A stretch of DNA of 17,073 nt from Candidatus Heimdallarchaeota archaeon (GCA_021399395.1 JAAFKJ010000139.1:1-17073); one strand, 5' to 3'; shown: positions 8,181-16,026, counted from the first letter of the stretch. Notes: generated by a model from the letters alone, not told the origin. Numbers and translations are program-made.

Positions 8181-9149
8181 TTATTTCCTTCTTCTTATAT
8201 AAACTGTTATCAAACCAATGACAACTAAACCTGTAACTATTCCTACTAAACTGTAAGGTGTTGGAGTTGTTGTAGGTGGTTCAAGTACTACATGTCCAGG
8301 TAGGAAATCCCAAGTTTCTGTTCCATCTGTTTCATAGACTTTTAGCAATATACCTGTACTTGCTTCATAGAAGCAATGCATTTCAGGTGCATCCCAGAAA
8401 CCGTATAATGAAGTATCATAATATTCAACATGTATTGCGTCATAGGAATCTCCAGTTGTAGTTATAACAGCCGGCTTGTCAATTACCTTTCCTAATCCTG
8501 TAGAATAGTGTACATCATCATTAACATTAGCTAAAGGCGAAATTCCAAAGGGTGTCCATGCATATTCACCAGCTCCAAGTCCATAACCAATAAGATAAAA
8601 ACCAAACATCAGGTTTTGAATTTCATCATAAACTGGATCAGCAGGTTGAACATCTCCATAGACATAACTTGTTCCATTTCCATAAGTTATAACTGTATTA
8701 TTAACTTCCAAGAAACCTTCTAAAGTGTTGCCTTGCATAGCATTAACTTCTACTGACTCTGTTGCATCTGCAAATTTCATTATTCCCATAAATACAGTAG
8801 TTCTGTTATCGTAGAACACAAGATAAGTGAAATCCATTTCTTGCTGGTCTTCATAGAAGGTAATAGGTACATTTTGCCCCACTGCAGCATCCCAAGAATA
8901 TTTGATTAGTACCATCTCATCTGGTATATCTGTTGGTGTAAATATCTTCTCAACTAATATTGTTGAATACCCAATTAATAAATCTGTATGAGTAGTGTTG
9001 GTATAGAGTATCTTACCATCAACATAACTTTCTGCAACAAGAGTTAATTGATCAGATACAATTACAGCCTTAGATAAGTCTGAAAACAAAATAGAAGTTA
9101 CTAAAACCCCCATTACTATTAAAGTCAAAAATTTACTTGTTCTGTTCAT
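8181..9149 (-). CDS. Secreted surface protein, paralog of 7128..8060
   Basis: Signal peptide MNRTSKFLTLIVMGVLVTSILFSDLSKA. Shares FTPTDI, ADPVY, FGISPLANVNDD, G-x-VI-x-x-PAV, YD-x-I-x-VEYY-x-T-x-L and YEASTGILLK. Ends PPTTTPTPYS-TM-RRRK. Confidence 0.85.
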   Translation of the reverse strand: MNRTSKFLTLIVMGVLVTSILFSDLSKAVIVSDQLTLVAESYVDGKILYTNTTHTDLLIGYSTILVEKIFTPTDIPDEMVLIKYSWDAAVGQNVPITFYEDQQEMDFTYLVFYDNRTTVFMGIMKFADATESVEVNAMQGNTLEGFLEVNNTVITYGNGTSYVYGDVQPADPVYDEIQNLMFGFYLIGYGLGAGEYAWTPFGISPLANVNDDVHYSTGLGKVIDKPAVITTTGDSYDAIHVEYYDTSLYGFWDAPEMHCFYEASTGILLKVYETDGTETWDFLPGHVVLEPPTTTPTPYSLVGIVTGLVVIGLITVYIRRRK

Positions 9150-9191
9150 AGTATCTGTACATATAGATTTTCCTATAAAAGAAGTTTATGC
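9150..9191 (-). promoter_or_regulatory. Promoter region conserved with 8061..8102
   Basis: Minus strand GCATAAACTTCTTTTATAGGAAAATCTATATGTACAGATACT-ATG. TTTTATA at about -31 to -25. Confidence 0.6.
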
Positions 9192-9235
9192 ATGTAATGC
9201 GAGAATTTGACAGTTATTAACAGAATCAAGGCATG

Positions 9236-10075
9236 TTAATTTTTCTTTCCTGCAAGTTTTGTTTTCTTCATATACTCTTCAAGTTGTTCATAATTTTGAG
9301 GCACATCCATATCCAAACCAAAACCAAGATCATCAATGAAGATGTAACCCATTTTCATGTTGAAAGCAATTTCAAGAACTCTAATAGCATCAGCCAATTT
9401 GGCTATTTTGAAAACGATTTTTAACATTTTACACCAGGTTCTTGGATTTCTAAAAACATACCATGCTACAGCCCAAAAAGACCTCTTTCTTCTAAGACGA
9501 CTAATATCATCAAATATTTTCTTACCTTCAGTAATTGCATATGCACTATAGGTCAGCATTTCTCCAGGGAAGATATGATAATCTCTGAAATTCCCTGTAA
9601 CCCTACCAGCATCAGGGAACCATTTTTTCGATAATTCATAGGGGACAAGAGACAAAATAAAATCATATCCCTCCATCTTAGTAAGTTGTTCAAAGAATTC
9701 TTCAATTTTCTCAATTGTCATACCAGGAGTATCGGCCATACAAATAACATAGTCATCAAACTCTTTTCCTTGAGCCTTAAGATATTCATAACCTGCTAAC
9801 CATTTCTCGCTGAGATCAGCAAAGAAATCCACTGGAACATATTCAACTTGATCTCCAAAATCAATATCCTCTCTAGAAACACCTAAGGAGTATATTCCTT
9901 CAACATATTCAGACTGAACGAGCTCATCGACTACCCATTGCATAACAGGTTTTCCGAGCAGGGGGAGTAGACACTTACCTTTGTATTTCTCTTCAGGATC
10001 AAGTTTTAGCATGATTTCTCTTCTGATATTTTTATCTCTTCCTGACATTAGAAAAATAGGATATTTTTTAGTCAA
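9236..10075 (-). CDS. MobA-like NTP-transferase (GT-A fold nucleotidyltransferase), paralog 1
   Basis: TTG start with GGTG SD. IFLMSGRD...K-x-LLPLLGKPVMQWV, central ADTP, FPDAGR, C-terminal GFGLDMD. Confidence 0.8.
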   Translation of the reverse strand: MTKKYPIFLMSGRDKNIRREIMLKLDPEEKYKGKCLLPLLGKPVMQWVVDELVQSEYVEGIYSLGVSREDIDFGDQVEYVPVDFFADLSEKWLAGYEYLKAQGKEFDDYVICMADTPGMTIEKIEEFFEQLTKMEGYDFILSLVPYELSKKWFPDAGRVTGNFRDYHIFPGEMLTYSAYAITEGKKIFDDISRLRRKRSFWAVAWYVFRNPRTWCKMLKIVFKIAKLADAIRVLEIAFNMKMGYIFIDDLGFGLDMDVPQNYEQLEEYMKKTKLAGKKN

Positions 10076-10192
10076 ATTCTACACCAACAAATTCGAACCA
10101 AGACTCCTATTAAAACTGTTGTATCAGAAGAAGAGACCATTTCCAACAAAAAGAAATAGAAATGTAGAAACTTTATTATAATATACTAAAAA

Positions 10193-10882
10193 ATGGGTGC
10201 TGTGCAACCTGGAACCTTATCTCTAATATTCTTCTGTATAGAACTAGTGATATTAGCTGTAGTAATTATTTTCAACCGAAAAAATCCCTTTTTCTGGTCA
10301 ATAGTAATGTTATTAGCACTATTACAACTTTATCAGTTGTCAGAATTTCTTATTTGTATAGGAATAGGAGCAAATATCACAGGAAGAATAGCATTTGTTA
10401 TTATCACCTTTCTTCCATCAACAGGTTACTATCTCTGTACTCGGATAGTAGGATGGAAATTCCCTGATTATTGGGTGGGCTTTGCAGCTGCTTTAGGATT
10501 ATCAATTTATTATCTAAGCGTTCCAGGTTCAGTTGAGCTTGTTGATTGCAACCCTCTTTATGCAATCTACTCTAATAATATTTCAACGATTTATGGAATA
10601 TTCTACATGGGTATTATTGCCTATAGTATTCTCTTTACTCTCGCTCATATGATTTTTAGGAGAGATAAAGTCGATAGTAGAACCGGCGCAATAGTGATAA
10701 TTGGTTATCTCTCTTTTCTTGCTCCAATGTACCTTATGATTTGGCTAGATTCAGCATTTGGTATTGCAATACCTAGTATAATGTGTAAGTATGCACTCTT
10801 GCTTGCCGTAACCTTAGGAATTTTCTCATTTATCAAACCAGAAAAGAAAGTGATAATTGAGGAAGAAGTTGTAGAAAGTTAA
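10193..10882 (+). CDS. Stand-alone seven-transmembrane protein of unknown function (resembles HisKA N-terminal 7TM sensor domains)
   Basis: Seven hydrophobic segments (about aa 8-27, 33-57, 62-86, 93-109, 130-155, 164-185, 191-214). Basic loops after TM1, TM3, TM5 and at the C-terminus imply N-out/C-in topology. Stop overlaps the convergent gene by 4 nt. Confidence 0.8.
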   Translation: MGAVQPGTLSLIFFCIELVILAVVIIFNRKNPFFWSIVMLLALLQLYQLSEFLICIGIGANITGRIAFVIITFLPSTGYYLCTRIVGWKFPDYWVGFAAALGLSIYYLSVPGSVELVDCNPLYAIYSNNISTIYGIFYMGIIAYSILFTLAHMIFRRDKVDSRTGAIVIIGYLSFLAPMYLMIWLDSAFGIAIPSIMCKYALLLAVTLGIFSFIKPEKKVIIEEEVVES

Positions 10883-11712
10883 TCAATGAGAGGTATGTTT
10901 TTAGTTTTTGAAACATATTTAGTTAGTCTTTCATAGTCAACTAGCAAATCCATATCATAACCAAACCCAAGTTCCTTAATTATAACAATTGCAACTTTAC
11001 ATCTGAAAGCTTTTTCAAATAACTTGATTCCATCTTTAGTTGTAGCAGTTTTCAGAATGATCTTTATCAAGTGTCTCCAAGTTCTTGGTCGTTTAGCAAT
11101 AAGCCAGACAGTGGTCCAAAAAGACCTCTTACGACGATTGTCTGAAAGTTGTCTAATGGTGGTTTCCCCTATAACAAGCGCGTTGTGATTAAGGGCGAAA
11201 ATATCTCCGGGAAAAAGACTGTGATCTTTAAAATGACCTACAGTTCGACCATGATCTGGAAATTCTGCTGCTGCGACTTCTTCTGGCACTACTCCCCACA
11301 CAAAGTCATAATGTTGTTTTTCAGAAGCTTCTTTTAGAAATTCATCTATACTTTCTACTGTTACCGCCGGTATATCAGCTCCACACATTACAGCCATTTC
11401 ATTATATTTGTCTATAGATTTGAGATAATCAAATCCTGCTTTGATTTTATCAAAAACCTCAGCATCGTAATCAACAAGAATATACTCTAAATCGCCTTCT
11501 AATTGGAGGTCTTCCTCCCCTAATCCTAGAACATATATTTGATCTACATATTCTGATTTTTGAAGTTCATCTACTACCCACTGGATTATGGGTTTTCCCA
11601 ACATATCCAACTGACATTTAGACTTATACCTCTTTTCAGGATCAAGTACTTTCATAATCTCTCTTCTTTCTTTATCTCGACCTGCTAAAAGGAAAATAGG
11701 GAGTTTTTGCAT
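10879..11712 (-). CDS. MobA-like NTP-transferase, paralog 2
   Basis: IFLLAGRD...KSKCQLDMLGKPIIQWV, GADIP, FPDHGR, GFGYDMD. Confidence 0.8.
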   Translation of the reverse strand: MQKLPIFLLAGRDKERREIMKVLDPEKRYKSKCQLDMLGKPIIQWVVDELQKSEYVDQIYVLGLGEEDLQLEGDLEYILVDYDAEVFDKIKAGFDYLKSIDKYNEMAVMCGADIPAVTVESIDEFLKEASEKQHYDFVWGVVPEEVAAAEFPDHGRTVGHFKDHSLFPGDIFALNHNALVIGETTIRQLSDNRRKRSFWTTVWLIAKRPRTWRHLIKIILKTATTKDGIKLFEKAFRCKVAIVIIKELGFGYDMDLLVDYERLTKYVSKTKNIPLID

Positions 11713-11730
11713 TTTATTCGCCTGAAATTC

Positions 11731-12552
11731 TTACTTTTGAATCTTAACTTTTTCTACATAGTTTTTTAATTTATCATAATCTTCAGGTAAATCCATATCT
11801 AGACTTAAACCTGCGTCTTTGATTATAATAACATCTGATTTCAATTTAAATGCTCTAGAAAAAGCTATAATGGCATCTTTTAATGTCCCCCTTCCTATTG
11901 CTATTTTGAACAACTTAGACCAAGCCATTGGTCGTTTAGCAACATACCAAAACAAAGGCCAAAAACCTCTTTTCTTACGAATTGTTGTAATGCTATCTAC
12001 CGTTTTTACATGTTTTCTAATAGCATATGGGCTAAACAGAGCCAATTCACCTTGGGTTAGGTTCATATCTTTGAGTCTGGCAACTCCTCTTTTAGAATCG
12101 GGGAATGACTCTTCTACTGTTTCAAGGGGAATAACTGACAGAATGAAATCATATCCTTCTCTTGTTTCTATTTCTTCGAGAAAATAATTCAATGTCTCCA
12201 CTTTAACTCCTGGACAATCTGAGCTGCTAAAAATGATTTTATCCTTAGGGAGGTTATTTTTTTCTAGATATTCTAACCCAGCAACATACTTCTGTGATAA
12301 GGGAGCAAAAGGATCAACAGTGACATATTCTACAGGAACATTGAACTGGATATCTTCTTCTGATAATCCAACTATACAGAGTTTCTCTACATAAGGTGAT
12401 TTACTATATTCTTCCACAACCCATTCAAGAACAGTTTTATCAAACATGGGAAAAAGCACTTTAGATTTATACTTCTTTTTTGGATCTAAAACTTTCATGA
12501 TTTCTCGACGTTCAGAATCTCTACCCGCGAGCAGAAAAATATGGTATTTCAT
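11731..12552 (-). CDS. MobA-like NTP-transferase, paralog 3 (ATG 12552 preferred over GTG 12561)
   Basis: IFLLAGRD...KSKVLFPMFDKTVLEWV, SSDCP, FPDSKR, GLSLDMDLPED. TTATATA box about 30-35 nt upstream of 12552. 18-nt gap to paralog 2 suggests co-transcription. Confidence 0.8.
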   Translation of the reverse strand: MKYHIFLLAGRDSERREIMKVLDPKKKYKSKVLFPMFDKTVLEWVVEEYSKSPYVEKLCIVGLSEEDIQFNVPVEYVTVDPFAPLSQKYVAGLEYLEKNNLPKDKIIFSSSDCPGVKVETLNYFLEEIETREGYDFILSVIPLETVEESFPDSKRGVARLKDMNLTQGELALFSPYAIRKHVKTVDSITTIRKKRGFWPLFWYVAKRPMAWSKLFKIAIGRGTLKDAIIAFSRAFKLKSDVIIIKDAGLSLDMDLPEDYDKLKNYVEKVKIQK

Positions 12553-12621
12553 GTAGTTCACTAGAGTAAGAACTAAGTTCTATATAACATTTACAGTGAA
12601 ACTATTTTCTCAAATTACTCT

Positions 12622-13500
12622 CTAACTTATTCCTTCAGTATAAGGTATTCCTGTGATTTCACTCATATATTTCTTCAGTACCTCATAATCCTCAGATAAA
12701 TCCATGTCCATCCCAAAACCCGCATCCTCAACGATTACTGTTGTAATTTTCATCCCCTTACTAATTATAGAAAAAGCTTTTTCTGCTCCAGCTAAAGTAA
12801 GTCTGCCAAATAGAAATTTGAAAATTGAAGGCCAGATTCTAGGTGTTGTTATAATAATGCGAAGTAAGGGTATGAGTGGGCTATTTTTCTTTTCTCTATT
12901 TCTTTTTTTGATTTTGGTCCTCCCACCTGTTATTTCAGCAATGAGTTTTTTACCCTCAGTGATTCCATGTTCGCTCATTAAATACATCTCACCAGGGTAA
13001 ACATGATGATCTATGAACTTAACAACCACTCGTTTGTGAGAGGGGAAGGTTTCTGCTGTCACTTTATCTGTAACTACAGATTGTACATAATCATAATCCC
13101 GATATTTGTCTGCTTGTTCATAGAAATTGTTTATTGCTTCCACAGTCATTCCTGGAGTATCAGAGGAGGAAACTGAGACTATCGTATCAGTTTTACCTTG
13201 TTTTCGCAGATATTGTAAACCAGCATAGAGTTTCTCAGCTAGGTTGGAGACAGTAGGAACTGGAACGTAATGAACTGGATAATCAAATTTCGCCATATCT
13301 TCAGTGAGGCCTAGAAGATAAATTTCATCCACATAAGGAGATTTACGCAATTCCTCAAGTTGCCAGTCTATAACTCTTTTTCCTAGCATAGGTATCAAAC
13401 ATTTGACACCATATTTCTCATCTGGGTCAAGAGTTTTGATTAGTTCTCGCTTTTTCTCATCTCTACCACATAAGATAAAGAGAGGATATTTAGTAACCAT
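12622..13500 (-). CDS. MobA-like NTP-transferase, paralog 4 (ATG 13500 preferred over 13512)
   Basis: LFILCGRD...KCLIPMLGKRVIDW, SSDTP, FPSHKR, GFGMDMD. The N-terminus aligns with the paralogs from MVTKYP. TTTAAATA upstream at 13537-13530. Confidence 0.8.
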   Translation of the reverse strand: MVTKYPLFILCGRDEKKRELIKTLDPDEKYGVKCLIPMLGKRVIDWQLEELRKSPYVDEIYLLGLTEDMAKFDYPVHYVPVPTVSNLAEKLYAGLQYLRKQGKTDTIVSVSSSDTPGMTVEAINNFYEQADKYRDYDYVQSVVTDKVTAETFPSHKRVVVKFIDHHVYPGEMYLMSEHGITEGKKLIAEITGGRTKIKKRNREKKNSPLIPLLRIIITTPRIWPSIFKFLFGRLTLAGAEKAFSIISKGMKITTVIVEDAGFGMDMDLSEDYEVLKKYMSEITGIPYTEGIS

Positions 13501-13585
13501 GAGAATAACCAAAATTGAGATTGATTACTTATTTAAAAATTGTTGGTAAAAATGAAAGAAAATAGAAAGGTAAAGCTAAGTTGCT

Positions 13586-14347
13586 CTAATCTTTCTTTTT
13601 TCCAAGTGAAGCTAAATAAACAACGAAATGATTTTCACCATCTATCCTTAAAACTTCAGAAAATATCTCATCATGAAAAGCAGCTATAGCACATACTCCA
13701 GCACCTATATTCTCTGCAGCAAGGTAAAGATTCTGACAAACATGCCCAGCATCGATATGTATATACCTATATGCTCTTTCAACATATCTCCAGAATATTC
13801 GGTAAATATCAGCTACCCAAATGAATGTGACTGCATTATTTTTAACCATTTTTTGTCCATAAGATGCTTCCACAACCTTATCAGCTATTCCTTCTTCGAT
13901 GATATACTCCTGCAATTTGTGCTCAAGTGCTAAGTATCTATAAATACCGGGTTCTAAACCTTCGATATTATTTGTGAGTAAGAAAGTATCAAAAGCATGT
14001 CTAGCTCCAGCGGAAGGGACTGTTCTCAAGGTTGCATAATTATCTTTCATAACTTCTTTTACTCCTTGGGTTGTCCATAAAAGCCATGCTAGTTCTATTA
14101 AAGAAAGAGATTGATCAGAATATTTTCTTACACTTTTACGTTCTTCTATTGCTTTACGTAAACTTAACTCTTTAACATCAATTTCTTCTGGTTTAGGTAG
14201 ATCGATTATTCGCATTTTATGGGCATATTCCATCTGCAAAGGTGGATTTGGGTGTTGTTGACTTTGATCTGATTGTGATGTAAACTTATACTGAGTTTTT
14301 TTCATGAATTCTTTACCGATTTGATCTTTCATTCTGTACCACATCAT
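13586..14347 (-). CDS. SagB/ThcOx-family nitroreductase-fold FMN-dependent dehydrogenase (start may be ATG 14332)
   Basis: RKSVRKY FMN-phosphate motif, LLWTTQG, RTVPSAGARH, GLEPGIYRY, RY-x-x-RAYRYIHIDAGHVCQNLYL, AIAAF-x-D. Confidence 0.9.
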   Translation of the reverse strand: MMWYRMKDQIGKEFMKKTQYKFTSQSDQSQQHPNPPLQMEYAHKMRIIDLPKPEEIDVKELSLRKAIEERKSVRKYSDQSLSLIELAWLLWTTQGVKEVMKDNYATLRTVPSAGARHAFDTFLLTNNIEGLEPGIYRYLALEHKLQEYIIEEGIADKVVEASYGQKMVKNNAVTFIWVADIYRIFWRYVERAYRYIHIDAGHVCQNLYLAAENIGAGVCAIAAFHDEIFSEVLRIDGENHFVVYLASLGKKKD

Positions 14348-14398
14348 CTATTGATTGAAATAAAAAAGAAAGCTTTCCTTTAAAGATTATCTGATAAT

Positions 14399-15235
14399 TT
14401 ATTTAAAGGAAGCAACTATCATACCATAATATTCAGGACATTCATAGACACACAAATCATTTTTCAATTCTGTTACATTTAGAATCCCAAGCAATATGAG
14501 CATTTGCCAAAAACTATCAGGTTTTGCATGATCTATGAATTCTTCTGAGAGTTCCAACAATTTATCTAGATTATTACTCTTTATGATGTCGCAAATTTGT
14601 TCATCATAAACTTTAGAAGCTGGATGATAACCATATGGACCTTCTGGGTCATGAGCATGACCATGATCACAACTAGCAATATAAACCGCTTTTTTCCCAT
14701 TTGAAAGAGTTAATCCATTCAAGATGCGCCCTAATTGAACTAGATTATCCCAAGGTATTTCACGAGAGGGAGTAATGAGAACAACAGGAGGAACTTCACG
14801 ATTTTCAGCAGCATACTTCTTATTGATATACCACAGAGGAATCAGAGTACCCCAATCCATTTTCATTGCAGAATAATCCCCTCCTGCAGCTCCATAGTTA
14901 ACAGCAACAGCTGGAAGATTCTCTTTCTTTAATCTATTATAAATTGTGTTTCCAATTTCCCGATTACACTTATGTTTCAGATGAACATTTTCAGTTTCAT
15001 CTTCATTCCACCAAATACCTTCCAACCACTCTGAAGTGATTATTCCTATTTGGCCATCTATGCGAAGATTATGAGGAGAAGCGATTATTAGAACCTCTGG
15101 ATTTGCAGTGAAAATCTCTGCAGCAACAGTTTTCATAGCTTCAATCAACTTATCCCATTTTTCTCCTTGATTAGGATAGATGTCATCAATTAGATTAAAA
15201 CCATGAGGTAGAATTGCAGAATATACAATCGTCAT
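14399..15235 (-). CDS. Class III extradiol dioxygenase (LigB/MEMO) fold protein, uncharacterised subgroup
   Basis: PHG, IASPHN, DWGTLIPL, ASCDHGHAHDPEGPYGY, YYGMIVA. Start reassigned to ATG 15235 (MTIVYSAILPHG), which removes the overlap with the upstream gene and has TATATAAA about 25 nt upstream. Confidence 0.85.
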   Translation of the reverse strand: MTIVYSAILPHGFNLIDDIYPNQGEKWDKLIEAMKTVAAEIFTANPEVLIIASPHNLRIDGQIGIITSEWLEGIWWNEDETENVHLKHKCNREIGNTIYNRLKKENLPAVAVNYGAAGGDYSAMKMDWGTLIPLWYINKKYAAENREVPPVVLITPSREIPWDNLVQLGRILNGLTLSNGKKAVYIASCDHGHAHDPEGPYGYHPASKVYDEQICDIIKSNNLDKLLELSEEFIDHAKPDSFWQMLILLGILNVTELKNDLCVYECPEYYGMIVASFK

Positions 15236-15294
15236 AGGAGATTGAAAGCTAGAATGTTTATATAGATTTTTTGTTAAAACCTTAACCAGTATCA

Positions 15295-15960
15295 TTACAT
15301 AACATAAGCTTTGGTCATAATACGTGCTGTGCTGTTCTGCCACAGTATTTCTAGTTTAAAATCAAGTAAAACATCATTGATTGTGTCACCTAAAATGTCT
15401 AAATCAACTTGATTATTGACTTGATAAAACATGTTGAAAGGTAGAGATATTACATTATTTCCTTGGATTTCAAAGTAGTATATGTCAATATCTGTTTGAA
15501 TCATGATTGTTGAATTGAAATGAAGTTGAATTCCTGCATATTCTGCAGCAGTTATGTTTCCTGATTTAAGAAGCTGAGTCTCATTATAAGCATCCAATAA
15601 GTCAAATTCATCATCACTAGTAAAGAATTGAGAGTTCCCAGCTTTTTTACCTAATAAAGTAATATCTGTTATGATTATCCATATTCTTTCTATTGTCCCT
15701 TTTTCGTTCACAGAGGCCGAGGATACCTCCAAAGGTACAATTGTTGCATTCTCTTCTGTAAAATCACTTGTATAATAAAGGTTCAAGAGACCCTCATCAG
15801 GTATATGGGGTGGAATAATGGGAGAATTGATAAAATCATCAAATATATCCACGTGGTCGCGAATCATCAAGGGAGTTGCGATAGCTCCAACTATAACTAT
15901 GAAAGAGATAATCGCTATACTGATTTGGTTTCTTTTATCCATTTTCCACACACTTTCCAT
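15295..15960 (-). CDS. Membrane-anchored DUF4382-like beta-sandwich protein
   Basis: N-terminal TM ISIAIISFIVIVGAIA, then G-L-L-N-L-Y-Y-T-S-D, IWIIITDITL, FDLL, I-x-A-x-E-Y-x-x-I-x-L and V-L-L-D-F, a pattern recalled from DUF4382 proteins. Confidence 0.6.
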   Translation of the reverse strand: MESVWKMDKRNQISIAIISFIVIVGAIATPLMIRDHVDIFDDFINSPIIPPHIPDEGLLNLYYTSDFTEENATIVPLEVSSASVNEKGTIERIWIIITDITLLGKKAGNSQFFTSDDEFDLLDAYNETQLLKSGNITAAEYAGIQLHFNSTIMIQTDIDIYYFEIQGNNVISLPFNMFYQVNNQVDLDILGDTINDVLLDFKLEILWQNSTARIMTKAYVM

Positions 15961-16026
15961 GTTATTATTAGTTCTATTTTTTATTATGATTTTTATTTAG
16001 TTTACTAAAGTTTAAGTTTTGCACAT

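Noticed and set aside
3439-8195. Similar TTAT(C/T)T..CTTCT sequences at 3439, 5426, 7128 and 8181 as a dispersed DNA repeat
   Set aside because: Explained by codons for the terminal Arg/Lys cluster plus the TAA stop on the minus strand.
3439-9149. Diversity-generating retroelement or prophage explanation for the paralogous surface genes
   Set aside because: No reverse transcriptase, no near-identical TR/VR nucleotide pair noticed, and no integrase or viral genes.
10193-10882. Calling the 7TM protein a bona fide rhodopsin or archaeosortase
   Set aside because: It lacks the rhodopsin TM3 motifs and the archaeosortase C-x-G / N-x-x-R / H pattern. Kept only as a hypothesis in the findings.
9236-13500. 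Assigning mobA, ispD or glmU gene symbols
   Set aside because: The signature loop is divergent, there is an extra insertion, and no pathway context supports a specific call.
13586-14347. Thiazole/oxazole RiPP biosynthetic cluster
   Set aside because: No YcaO, E1-like protein or Cys/Ser-rich precursor peptide in the window. Stand-alone SagB-type nitroreductases are common.
15236-15343. N-terminal extension of the LigB-like ORF overlapping the DUF4382-like gene
   Set aside because: Family homology begins at MTIVYSAILPHG (ATG 15235) and a TATA box lies inside the supposed extension.
1688-16008. Short ORFs of 60-122 aa in the track (e.g. 1688..1885, 2913..3134, 3494..3775, 6151..6336, 7489..7761, 11819..12187, 12704..13000, 15805..16008)
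   Set aside because: They overlap well-supported genes, mostly antisense, and have no recognisable motifs. They are expected shadow ORFs.
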